Virus record (IMG/VR): IMGVR_UViG_3300024346_000009
Origin: a virus
Reading direction: 5' to 3' (one strand)
Length of the DNA stretch: 64,000 nucleotides
The notes below the pieces were generated by a model, which was not told the DNA's origin, searched no databases, and was given only the letters and a program-made list of their open reading frames with translations. This document shows, in pieces, positions 50,278-58,924 of this stretch. The position numbers and the translations under genes were made by a program. Within the stretch, counting starts at the first letter, position 1. Each line of letters starts with the position of its first letter.

Positions 50278-50685
50278 ATGGCTATTTCAAAATATATCTT
50301 AAAGAAATCCAGGCGCCAGGCGGCTGTTAAGATTGTATCTACGGATGCAAATACAATTAATATTACATACGCTGATGTAAAGTATGCTGATCAAACTATT
50401 CCAAACGCAACAGCTGGTAATTTATTCTGGCCAATAACTGATATTCTATATGATGTACCAGCTCCTGCCTCGATTGTGCGCGGAGGTAATTTAGTTTTTT
50501 CAATGAGTGCCGGACAGGAATCTCTCAGCTTTACCCGAGACCTCGGTGTTGCTCTTGATGAACAGGCTCATGCTAACGTAACTATAAACACCGGTGCTGG
50601 TAACAGCTCTATTATTGTAGTGTTCACTAAGGGTGAAGGCTTTAACGATCCTAATCGTCAAATTCTAGAAGATAGGGACAGATAA
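50278..50685 (+). CDS. Hypothetical head-region virion protein
   Basis: Between gp67-like and gp21; overlaps gp21 start. Confidence 0.5.
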   Translation: MAISKYILKKSRRQAAVKIVSTDANTINITYADVKYADQTIPNATAGNLFWPITDILYDVPAPASIVRGGNLVFSMSAGQESLSFTRDLGVALDEQAHANVTINTGAGNSSIIVVFTKGEGFNDPNRQILEDRDR

Positions 50686-51329
50686 TGAAATTATTTACAG
50701 AACAACTTTCAGACGTACAATATCTTGTAGAGAAAAAAGAAGACGGAACAAAAAGCGTCTTCATCGAAGGTATCTTTATGCAGGCTGAAAAGCCTAATAA
50801 AAATGGTCGTATGTACCCTATGGGTATTATGGAAAAAGAGATCGAACGGTATCAGGATCTCATTAGAGACAAAAGATCTTTAGGTGAACTGGGTCATCCT
50901 CCTAACCCCCAGATTAACCTTAATCAGGTATCTCACCTCATTACAGGTCTTAAGTTTGAGGGTACCGATATATACGGCAGAGCTAAAATCTTAGAAACCC
51001 CAATGGGTAAGATTGTTAGAAACTTTATTGAAGAAGGTGTTGGGCTCGGGGTATCCTCACGAGGTCTTGGATCCCTAAAAGAGCGAAACGGTATTAATGA
51101 GGTGCAGGATGACTTTCATTTGGCTACCGTAGACATAGTTGCCGACCCAAGTGCACCTGATGCATTTGTGCAGGGCATTATGGAGTCAGCAGAATGGATA
51201 CTTGAGAACGGCGCATGGAAATCTATTCAAATAGAACAAGCACAGCAAGTAATTAGATCTACTTCTAAAGCAGATCTAAATAAAGTTAAATTACAAGTAT
51301 TTGAGTCATTTTTAAGAACTATCAAGTAA
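50685..51329 (+). CDS. gp21: Prohead protease gp21
   Basis: IEGIFMQA...N.NGR.YP, LGELGHP, GVSSRGLGSL, DIVADPSAPDA. Confidence 0.96.
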   Translation: MKLFTEQLSDVQYLVEKKEDGTKSVFIEGIFMQAEKPNKNGRMYPMGIMEKEIERYQDLIRDKRSLGELGHPPNPQINLNQVSHLITGLKFEGTDIYGRAKILETPMGKIVRNFIEEGVGLGVSSRGLGSLKERNGINEVQDDFHLATVDIVADPSAPDAFVQGIMESAEWILENGAWKSIQIEQAQQVIRSTSKADLNKVKLQVFESFLRTIK

Positions 51330-51337
51330 CTAATTCT

Positions 51338-51345
51338 TATAAATA
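51338..51345 (+). promoter_or_regulatory. T4-type late promoter
   Basis: TATAAATA upstream of gp22. Confidence 0.82.
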
Positions 51346-51377
51346 ATAACGTTAACAAACTCTTAGGAGAAAACAGG

Positions 51378-52469
51378 ATGTCAGTCGAAGCAAAAATACA
51401 AGAATTGTTAATTCGTGCAAACGAATCTAAACAATTAACTGAAGATACGTCATTAGACGAAGCTTCAGAAACAGCTGTTGCAGCAGATGGAAAGCTAACC
51501 GCTAATACATCAAAAGATACTTCAAAGTCAGGTCAAGGTTCTGGCCAAGGTGATGCAACCCAGCCCATGCAAGGATCTTCAAAGAAAGCTGACTTCGATG
51601 AAGTTTCAGATGCTACTGGTAAAAACAGTGTCGCTGCTAAAGCCTCTAAAGAAGCAAATCCCTTGCCTATGAAGGGTGATGCTAAGTCTGTTAAGACACA
51701 AGCATCCGAAGAGGTAGAAGTAGAAGAAGAAGATGTTATTGCTGAGGAAGATATTTCAACTCAACTTAATCTTATCTTCGGTGAAGATCTATCAGAAGAA
51801 TTTAAAGCAAGAGCATCATCCATATTCGAAGCTGCTGTTATTGCTCGAGTGAACAGCGAGATGGACGATGTAACTACAAGACTTGAAGAGCAAACTGCTG
51901 TTCAATTGCTTGAGTTTAAAGAGACATTAGTAGAAAAAGTTAATGGCTATCTCAACTACGTTGTTGAGCAGTGGATGGAAGAGAATCAACTTGCTGTTGA
52001 ATCTGGTCTCCGTACTGAAGTTGCTGAAGACTTTATTGAAGGTCTCAAGACCCTATTCCAAGAACATTACATTGACGTACCTGCAGAAAAGTACGATGTA
52101 ATGGCAGAAATGGAAGCCACATCTAGCGACCTATCGGACAAGCTAGACGAAGCTATTACATTAAATATTGAACTCGCTAAAGAACTAAGTGAACTAAAAC
52201 GCACCCAAGTTTTTGAAGAGGGTACAAAAGATCTAGCCGCTACAGAAGTTGAAAAACTTAAGAAACTTGTAGAGGGGGTAGAATTTGACTCCGAGGAGCT
52301 GTACAAGGAAAAAGTTGCTGTTATTAAGGAAAACTTCTTCCCCAAGACATCATCTAAATCCCCTGAACAAGTTCTTGTAGAAGAAAGCGGCACCTCATCT
52401 GCTTTTGAAGATAGTAGCACGATTAACAGATATGCTCAGGCAATATCTAGATCAGTCAAGTCCCGTTAA
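51378..52469 (+). CDS. gp22: Prohead scaffold protein gp22
   Basis: LSEEFK..A..IFEAAV, YL.YVVE.WM.EN..A.E.G.R.E. Confidence 0.93.
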   Translation: MSVEAKIQELLIRANESKQLTEDTSLDEASETAVAADGKLTANTSKDTSKSGQGSGQGDATQPMQGSSKKADFDEVSDATGKNSVAAKASKEANPLPMKGDAKSVKTQASEEVEVEEEDVIAEEDISTQLNLIFGEDLSEEFKARASSIFEAAVIARVNSEMDDVTTRLEEQTAVQLLEFKETLVEKVNGYLNYVVEQWMEENQLAVESGLRTEVAEDFIEGLKTLFQEHYIDVPAEKYDVMAEMEATSSDLSDKLDEAITLNIELAKELSELKRTQVFEEGTKDLAATEVEKLKKLVEGVEFDSEELYKEKVAVIKENFFPKTSSKSPEQVLVEESGTSSAFEDSSTINRYAQAISRSVKSR

Positions 52470-52471
52470 AC

Positions 52472-52479
52472 CATAAATA
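52472..52479 (+). promoter_or_regulatory. Late promoter variant (CATAAATA) for the capsid gene
   Basis: One mismatch to TATAAATA, in the expected position before gp23. Confidence 0.6.
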
Positions 52480-52510
52480 ATATAACATTCCAATTTTTAA
52501 GGAGAAGGTA

Positions 52511-53851
52511 ATGTACCTATCAGAGACAATCCAACAGAAGTGGGGCGCAATTCTTAACCACGCCGATCTTCCAGAAATCAAAGACTCATACAAGAGAACG
52601 GTTACAGCCATTCTTTTAGAGAACCAAGAAAAAGCGCTTCGCGAAGACCGCACAATGCTGAGCGAACTAGCACCATCCAATAACATTGGTGACGGTACTG
52701 CTGGTGTTGCTAAGTACGACCCTATCATGATCGGTCTCGTACGCCGTGCAATGCCTAACCTAATGGCATATGACATCTGTGGCGTTCAGCCAATGACAGG
52801 CCCAACAGGCTTGATCTTCGCTATGCGTTCCACATACGGTAATGCCCGCTCTATGGCTGGTATGACTGAAGCGTTGTACAACGAAGCCGATACCGACTTC
52901 TCGTCTTCTTCCTTCAACACAGCTGCTGCTGGTGATGGTACTCCAAAGAACGGCACACACGCTGGTTCTGATCCTGTTGCAGCCTCTGGCTACACAACTG
53001 GTGGCGGTATGACTACTGCTGAAGGTGAAGCATTGGGTGATGCATCTGCTAACTCTTTCGGACAAATGGGCTTCTCAATTGACAAGACCACAGTTACAGC
53101 TCGCACACGTGCTCTGAAAGCTGAATACACTCTTGAACTTGCTCAAGACTTGAAAGCTGTTCACGGTCTTGATGCTGAGAGCGAATTGTCCAACATTCTT
53201 TCACAAGAAATTATGTTTGAGATTAACCGCGAAGTTGTTCGTACAATCTATGGCGTTGCTAAAACAGGTTCACCTGCTACTGCTACTGCCGGTACATTCA
53301 ACCTAGACGTTGACTCTAACGGTCGTTGGTCAGTTGAGCGTTTCAAAGGTCTGTTGTTTAACATCGAACGTGATGCTAACCACATTGGTCAAGATACTCG
53401 TCGTGGTAAGGGTAACTTCATCGTCTGTTCTTCAGACGTTGCATCCGCCCTCGCAATGGCCGGTGTACTAGACTACACTCCTGCTCTATCTACAAACTTG
53501 AACGTTGATGATACAGGCAATACATTTGCCGGTGTTCTAAACGGTCGCTTCAAGGTGTACATTGATCCGTATTCTGCTAACCTAGGTTCTGCCAGCCAGT
53601 TCTACATGGTTGGTTACAAAGGCACTTCGCCTTATGATGCCGGTCTATTCTATTGCCCTTACGTTCCATTGCAAATGGTTCGCGCAGTTGATCCTAACAG
53701 CTTCCAGCCAAAAATTGGCTTCAAGACTCGTTACGGAATGGTTGCTAACCCCTACGTTACTACATCTAACGGTGGTGAATCCGATGCATCCATCTTCACC
53801 GCTGGTCGTAACCAATACTATCGTAAGACTAAGGTTACTAACTTGATGTAA
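52511..53851 (+). CDS. gp23: Major capsid protein gp23
   Basis: GVQPMTGPTGLIFAMR, RALKAEYT.ELAQDLKAVHGLDAE.EL, YCPYVPL, FQPKIGFKTRYG. Confidence 0.98.
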   Translation: MYLSETIQQKWGAILNHADLPEIKDSYKRTVTAILLENQEKALREDRTMLSELAPSNNIGDGTAGVAKYDPIMIGLVRRAMPNLMAYDICGVQPMTGPTGLIFAMRSTYGNARSMAGMTEALYNEADTDFSSSSFNTAAAGDGTPKNGTHAGSDPVAASGYTTGGGMTTAEGEALGDASANSFGQMGFSIDKTTVTARTRALKAEYTLELAQDLKAVHGLDAESELSNILSQEIMFEINREVVRTIYGVAKTGSPATATAGTFNLDVDSNGRWSVERFKGLLFNIERDANHIGQDTRRGKGNFIVCSSDVASALAMAGVLDYTPALSTNLNVDDTGNTFAGVLNGRFKVYIDPYSANLGSASQFYMVGYKGTSPYDAGLFYCPYVPLQMVRAVDPNSFQPKIGFKTRYGMVANPYVTTSNGGESDASIFTAGRNQYYRKTKVTNLM

Positions 53852-53900
53852 TCTAAAGCCGTCGATAAGAACGGATCCTAGCTCGCGGGCTGGGTTAAAG

Positions 53901-53925
53901 GGGAGCAGAAATGCTCCCTTTTTTT
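53901..53925 (+). terminator. Rho-independent terminator after gp23
   Basis: GGGAGCA-GAAA-TGCTCCC followed by T7. Confidence 0.9.
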
Positions 53926-53928
53926 CGT

Positions 53929-53936
53929 TATAAATA
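53929..53936 (+). promoter_or_regulatory. T4-type late promoter
   Basis: TATAAATA right after the terminator. Confidence 0.8.
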
Positions 53937-53954
53937 TTGAAAAGGAAACATAAG

Positions 53955-54542
53955 ATGTTTACAGCAAATCTCAGTACCGTACTAAATGACATAACCAGTG
54001 TTACAACAGCCCCGGTTACAAATTACCTTAGACCGAATGCATTTCGGTTTACTATCAAAGACATTCCCGGGGTAGCATACTCATGCCAGTCAGCAAACCT
54101 ACCTTCCCTGGCACTTGGATATACAACACAACCAACACCCTTTCTTGATATCCCACACGTTGGTGATAAAAATGCTTTTGGAGACTTTACCATTCGGTTT
54201 TTAATATCAGAAACTATGTCAAATTATATAGAATTATATGATTGGTTAGTGGCACTTGGCTTCCCTAACGACTATAATCAATATAGAAATTTTACTGGTG
54301 ATCGGTTAAATAGATTTCCGTTCGTAAAGAATGCTAGGGGTGCCCCGGAGGCTGTAGCCTATTCTGATGGTACCCTAACTATTCTTGACAGTAATAATAT
54401 TCCTAAAACTAATATAAATTTTAAGGATATGTTCCCAACATCTATTGAGGCGTTAGATTTTGATATCACCTCGTCTTCGGTGGAGTATTTCGTAGGTATA
54501 GCTTCATTTAAATATAAGTTATTTGAGATTGAAGGTTTGTAA
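53955..54542 (+). CDS. gp3: Tail tube terminator/completion protein gp3 (start reassigned to ATG 53955)
   Basis: NYL.P..F.F, CQ.AN.P, F.I.E...NY.E.Y.W, SD.TL.IL.SNN, F.D.FP; SD AAGGA before 53955. Confidence 0.85.
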   Translation: MFTANLSTVLNDITSVTTAPVTNYLRPNAFRFTIKDIPGVAYSCQSANLPSLALGYTTQPTPFLDIPHVGDKNAFGDFTIRFLISETMSNYIELYDWLVALGFPNDYNQYRNFTGDRLNRFPFVKNARGAPEAVAYSDGTLTILDSNNIPKTNINFKDMFPTSIEALDFDITSSSVEYFVGIASFKYKLFEIEGL

Positions 54543-54563
54543 TTTTACATTTTTGGAGATTTT

Positions 54564-55436
54564 ATGGCACAAAAGAAAATTGAATTGAGTTTGGATGAAG
54601 TTCGCAAGAACAAGTTTTTTATTGCTACACCATGTTATGGTGGTCAGCTTAATGAGCCCTACTTTAGGTCTGTAATTAAGATGATGACATTCTTTAACCA
54701 GCATCAGATCCCTCTTGCCTTTGGTACGATTGCTAATGAGTCTTTAGTTACTCGAGCAAGAAATGTGCTGCTAGCTTATTTCCTTGCATCTGATTATTCC
54801 CACTTACTCTTTATCGACGCCGATATTGAGTTTCAAACAGAAGATGTACTTAAACTATATGCACATGACAAAGATGTTGTTGTAGGTGCATATCCAAAGA
54901 AAGGTGTAGCCTGGGATAAGATTAGATCTAATCTAACTGATCCAGCTAATAAAGATAGAGAAATGTCTGACCGCGATATGGCATCGTTTGGTTCTGACTA
55001 CGCTATTAACTTCCAGTTCCTTGATAAAGAGACAAAGACTATTGGAGTAGAGAACGGACTCGTTAAATTACACGATGCTGGTACAGGCTTTATGATGATT
55101 AAGAGAGAGGCTATTCTTAAGATGATTAAGGCTTATCCTGAGTTTAAGTATAATAATGACGTCAACATTAACAATGACAGTCTCAAAGATAAATTCTATG
55201 CCATGTTTGATACGATGATTGATCCGATCGATCGTAGATATCTTTCGGAAGATTATACCTTCTGTCGCCGCTGGCAAGCCATTGGTGGTGATATCTGGCT
55301 TGATCCTTCTATCTCTTTAAACCACTACGGTCATTTCTGCTTCCAGGGTAACCCCGAGGCTATTATTAACTTTAACTCCACCGCCCAACCTGACGTTCCA
55401 AAGGTAGATACTATCACACTTGATCTTCCTGATTAA
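54564..55436 (+). CDS. GT-A fold glycosyltransferase
   Basis: IATPCYGG, ESL..RARN, LLFIDADI (DxD), GTGFM.I.R, YLSEDY.FC, L.H.G. Confidence 0.8.
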   Translation: MAQKKIELSLDEVRKNKFFIATPCYGGQLNEPYFRSVIKMMTFFNQHQIPLAFGTIANESLVTRARNVLLAYFLASDYSHLLFIDADIEFQTEDVLKLYAHDKDVVVGAYPKKGVAWDKIRSNLTDPANKDREMSDRDMASFGSDYAINFQFLDKETKTIGVENGLVKLHDAGTGFMMIKREAILKMIKAYPEFKYNNDVNINNDSLKDKFYAMFDTMIDPIDRRYLSEDYTFCRRWQAIGGDIWLDPSISLNHYGHFCFQGNPEAIINFNSTAQPDVPKVDTITLDLPD

Positions 55437-55448
55437 GTAGTATATAAT
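55420..55448 (+). promoter_or_regulatory. Sigma70-type promoter for uvsY-uvsW
   Basis: TTGATC-17 nt-TATAAT. Confidence 0.7.
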
Positions 55449-55453
55449 ACATT

Positions 55454-55894
55454 ATGAAATTAAGTGAACTGCAGGAAGAATGGGTAAAGGATGCCCCTAT
55501 TGATCAAACAAACCTTGGTCAAGAGGCGGCAAGGGTGCCCACCCTTCATGCAAAGTATCTTTCAATTCTTTCTAAGACAAAACTTCAATTACGCAAAGCG
55601 GAGTCTGATTATCTCAACACCAGAAGAATGAAGTATAAATTTTATCGCGGTGAGTTAACCCGGGTAGAGCTAGAGGATCTTGGATGGGATCAATTTCAAG
55701 GTAATAAGCCTCTAAAGAATGAGATGGACGAGTTCTTGCAATGCGATCAACAGTTACTTGAATTGCAAGATAAACATGAGTATTATAAGACTGTCATCTA
55801 TACGTTAGAACAAATCATTCGCTCAATCAACTCTAGAACTTGGGATGTAAAGACAACCTTAGAGTGGACTAAGTTTACGAACGGCATGATGTAA
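55454..55894 (+). CDS. uvsY: Recombination mediator UvsY
   Basis: W..D..ID...L..E....P.LH.KY, Y.G, I..R.W..K...W.KF..G; precedes uvsW. Confidence 0.9.
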   Translation: MKLSELQEEWVKDAPIDQTNLGQEAARVPTLHAKYLSILSKTKLQLRKAESDYLNTRRMKYKFYRGELTRVELEDLGWDQFQGNKPLKNEMDEFLQCDQQLLELQDKHEYYKTVIYTLEQIIRSINSRTWDVKTTLEWTKFTNGMM

Positions 55895-57381
55895 TGGCGG
55901 ATATTTCGATAAAGAAAAAAAACGAAGTATATCTAACTGTCCAATCCGATCCTTCTATTGCGCAGGAACTAGTAGATCACTTCTCCTTTGATGCCCCTGG
56001 CGCAAAGTTTCACCCCCTCTACAGAAACAAACTCTGGGATGGGAAGATTAGACTCTTTTCAATGTTTACAAAAGAGTTATATTGTGGTCTATTAACATAC
56101 CTCGAACACTTTGCCGAAGTAAATAACTACACCATTGATTACGAGCAGTATGTTACCCAGGCAGATGCCATCACGCCTGATATAGTAAAAGAGTTTGTCA
56201 AAACGCTTGACATCTCGCTCCCAAATGGAGCAGAGATACGGGACTATCAACTTGATGCTATTCACCATGCTATAAAAGATGCAAGAGCCCTTCTCCTATC
56301 TCCCACAGGCTCTGGTAAGTCACTTATCATATACTGTCTGATTAGGTGGAATGAAAAGTTTAAACGCCGACAACTTATTTTAGTTCCTACCACATCATTG
56401 GTAGAGCAGATGTATACAGACTTCCAGTCTTATTCGATGAATAATGGTTGGAAGTCATCTGAGAACTGCGGCAGAATATATTCTGGGCATGATAAGCATA
56501 CCGATATGCCTGTTATCATATCTACATGGCAATCTATCTATTTGATGCCTAAGCAATTTTTCGCTGACTTTCAGGTCATATATGGTGATGAAGCTCACCT
56601 GTTCAAGGCAAAATCCTTAACCAGTATTATGCACAAATGTGTTAATACACCTTATCGAATAGGTACAACAGGTACCCTTGATGGAACAAAAACCCACAAG
56701 CTAGTATTAGAAGGTATCTTTGGTCCAGTATATAAAGTTACTACTACTAAACAGTTGATGGATAATGATCAATTGGCTGAGTTAAGAATATTTGGTATAG
56801 TTCTTCAGTACCCTGATGATGTAAAGAAGGGTAACAAGGATAACAAGTATCCTGATGAAATGGACTTCCTTGTACAGTATGAACCAAGAAACAAATTTAT
56901 ACGAAATCTTGCACTAAAACAAGAGGGAAATACCCTGGTTTTGTTTCAATTTGTAGAGAAACACGGTAAGATCCTCTATGATATGATCAATAATAAGGAC
57001 TCAGAAAGAAAAGTATTTTTTGTACATGGAGGTACTGATACTGAGCAAAGAGAGAACATTAGACGTATCACAGAGGGAGAGTCAGATGCTATTATTGTTG
57101 CAAGCTATGGTACTTTTTCAACAGGCATAAATATCAAGAACCTACATAATATTATATTCGCATCACCTACAAAGTCTCGAATTCGTAACCTGCAATCAAT
57201 TGGTAGGGGGTTAAGGAGAGGGGAAGAGAAGGTATTTTGTAACTTATATGATATTGGGGATGATCTGACATGGAAGACCAGGAAGAACTTTACCCTACAT
57301 CACATGATTGAGCGTATAAAGATTTATAACGATGAACTTTTTGATTACAAATTAATTAAGGTCGATCTTAATGTACAGTAA
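55894..57381 (+). CDS. uvsW: DNA helicase UvsW
   Basis: WDGKIRLF, SPTGSGKS, DEAH, G.TGT, ASYGTFSTGINI, QSIGRGLR. Confidence 0.96.
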   Translation: MADISIKKKNEVYLTVQSDPSIAQELVDHFSFDAPGAKFHPLYRNKLWDGKIRLFSMFTKELYCGLLTYLEHFAEVNNYTIDYEQYVTQADAITPDIVKEFVKTLDISLPNGAEIRDYQLDAIHHAIKDARALLLSPTGSGKSLIIYCLIRWNEKFKRRQLILVPTTSLVEQMYTDFQSYSMNNGWKSSENCGRIYSGHDKHTDMPVIISTWQSIYLMPKQFFADFQVIYGDEAHLFKAKSLTSIMHKCVNTPYRIGTTGTLDGTKTHKLVLEGIFGPVYKVTTTKQLMDNDQLAELRIFGIVLQYPDDVKKGNKDNKYPDEMDFLVQYEPRNKFIRNLALKQEGNTLVLFQFVEKHGKILYDMINNKDSERKVFFVHGGTDTEQRENIRRITEGESDAIIVASYGTFSTGINIKNLHNIIFASPTKSRIRNLQSIGRGLRRGEEKVFCNLYDIGDDLTWKTRKNFTLHHMIERIKIYNDELFDYKLIKVDLNVQ

Positions 57382-57805
57382 GCTATTAAAGTTAACCAAT
57401 GGAGATAATTTAATTGTCTCTACCGAAGACAACTGTTTGGATCTGCACGAGAAGAAGTACATTACTATTACAGATCCTGTAGAGATTACTAGTATGCGAT
57501 TCCCTCATGGCAATATGGTTGTTGAGACTTTTGTTATGTCTAAGTGGATAAAGATGGCAACGGATAGTGCAATGCAAATCCCCGTAGCAAGTATCTTGAT
57601 TGCAGTAGACGTAATTGAAAAAGCCGATACGCAGTACAAAGAGTTTTTGTTAGAGTATGTTAAAAGAGATAATGAATTAGAGAATGCAGATATAGAAGTA
57701 CCCGATACGGGGGTTGAATTAGAGAAGTTTTATAAAATGTTAGCGAATTCCGAGGAGGAAGAAGATGATAGTCGGCCAAGTAGTGGAACGCAAACCGTCC
57801 ACTGA
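57371..57805 (+). CDS. Conserved hypothetical protein (Sm-like N-terminus) between uvsW and gp55
   Basis: LKL.NG...I, ..P..I, W pattern; conserved position. Confidence 0.55.
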   Translation: MYSKLLKLTNGDNLIVSTEDNCLDLHEKKYITITDPVEITSMRFPHGNMVVETFVMSKWIKMATDSAMQIPVASILIAVDVIEKADTQYKEFLLEYVKRDNELENADIEVPDTGVELEKFYKMLANSEEEEDDSRPSSGTQTVH

Positions 57806-58343
57806 AAAAAAAGCACCAGCACATTACGTTGATAATAAAAAATTCTATGAAGCTTTAGTCGAGCATCGTCGAGGTATAGATGAGGCAAAAGTAAAAGGTG
57901 TTGAGCCTCCTCGTGTGAGTGAGTATATTGGAGAGTGCTTTCTTAAGATTGCCACCCACCTATCGTACAAAGCCAACTTCATTAACTATACCTATAAGGA
58001 TGATATGATATCCGATGGTATTGAGAACTGTCTTACTGCTGTTGCAAAATTTGATCCAGCTCGCGGTACAAATCCTTTCGCATACTACACCCAGATTACA
58101 TTCTTTGCCTTTGTACGCAGAATACAAAAAGAAAAGAAACAGCAAGCAACCAAATACAAGTTACTTGAAAATGTAGATATTGATATGATACTGTCCCAAT
58201 CAGAGGGGAACGAAGAGTTTGCAAACAGCCTGGTTGAGATGATACGTAAACAAGTAGACATGATTGATATCGATCGCCGTACAGTACCTAAGGCTAAAAA
58301 GAAAAAGGTAAAAGAAGACGAAGGTACTCTTGACATAGAGTAG
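57765..58343 (+). CDS. gp55: Late-transcription sigma factor gp55
   Basis: HYVDNK.F, YIGECF.KIA..LS...NF.NY...DMI.DG.ENC, NPFAY.TQI...AF.RRI.KEK. Confidence 0.96.
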   Translation: MIVGQVVERKPSTEKKAPAHYVDNKKFYEALVEHRRGIDEAKVKGVEPPRVSEYIGECFLKIATHLSYKANFINYTYKDDMISDGIENCLTAVAKFDPARGTNPFAYYTQITFFAFVRRIQKEKKQQATKYKLLENVDIDMILSQSEGNEEFANSLVEMIRKQVDMIDIDRRTVPKAKKKKVKEDEGTLDIE

Positions 58344-58358
58344 AAAGTAGTATATAAT
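58330..58358 (+). promoter_or_regulatory. Consensus sigma70 promoter
   Basis: TTGACA-17 nt-TATAAT. Confidence 0.85.
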
Positions 58359-58363
58359 AGGGC

Positions 58364-58678
58364 ATGCCTACAAAAGTATACTATTATATTAAAGATAAAG
58401 AAGGATACGCCTCTGAGGATAAGACCTATCATAGCATCCCAGAAGATGAGGACGGCCTTTTCTTGTGGCAGCACATTAATAAGGCTCGCAAGCAGGCTGG
58501 GGTCCCCCGTGAACGTTTCTTTATAATTAATACCTCTTGTTCTCCCCGTAAGAAGTCAACTTGGATTAATCCCGACTGGCCTCCTGCACCCTTTCCTAAA
58601 CTGAAAAAAACTAGACTGGCCTTCGGTAGATATGTTATCGAGAAACCACCAGAACCAGTTGATCCAGACTTTGACTAG
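58364..58678 (+). CDS. Hypothetical protein
   Basis: ORF directly behind a consensus promoter; no family recognised. Confidence 0.55.
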   Translation: MPTKVYYYIKDKEGYASEDKTYHSIPEDEDGLFLWQHINKARKQAGVPRERFFIINTSCSPRKKSTWINPDWPPAPFPKLKKTRLAFGRYVIEKPPEPVDPDFD

Positions 58679-58688
58679 CCTATATAAT
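58659..58688 (+). promoter_or_regulatory. Sigma70-type promoter of the deazaguanine operon
   Basis: TTGATC-18 nt-TATAAT, same TATATAAT core as the other promoters. Confidence 0.65.
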
Positions 58689-58692
58689 GTAC

Positions 58693-58748
58693 AGTGCCAT
58701 CCCACTTAAACTATGTAGCTGTCCTTCCAGCTATCCAATAACTAGGAG
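58693..58748 (+). ncRNA. Candidate tandem mini-pseudoknot leader (preQ1-riboswitch-like)
   Basis: Two hairpins with 6-nt loops, each followed by AACT and a triplet complementary to its loop; the second pairs with the SD. Confidence 0.45.
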
Positions 58749-58753
58749 TATAA

Positions 58754-58924
58754 ATGTTCAAATTTGATCTACATCCAGATCCCGCTTGGCATGCTCGTAT
58801 CAGCTTTGTAAAAAGCGGACTTCGGGTAATTGCCGGTCTCTTCCTTATTTCCAGTAGCTTACTTGGCGCTGGTATCTTTTTAATCCTTGCTGAAATCCTT
58901 GGCGTTGCAGAGGAGCTTGTCTAA
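58754..58924 (+). CDS. 56-aa membrane protein absent from the ORF track
   Basis: SD AGGAG; MFKFDLHPDPAWHARISFVKSGLRVIAGLFLISSSLLGAGIFLILAEILGVAEELV; stop overlaps queE ATG (TAATG). Confidence 0.75.
   Translation: MFKFDLHPDPAWHARISFVKSGLRVIAGLFLISSSLLGAGIFLILAEILGVAEELV

Noticed and set aside
44379-53851. Introns or inteins in terminase, sheath, portal or capsid genes
   Set aside because: ORFs are continuous and of ordinary length with no splicing motifs
53937-53954. Track start of gp3 at 53937
   Set aside because: Non-ATG start abutting the late promoter; ATG 53955 has an SD
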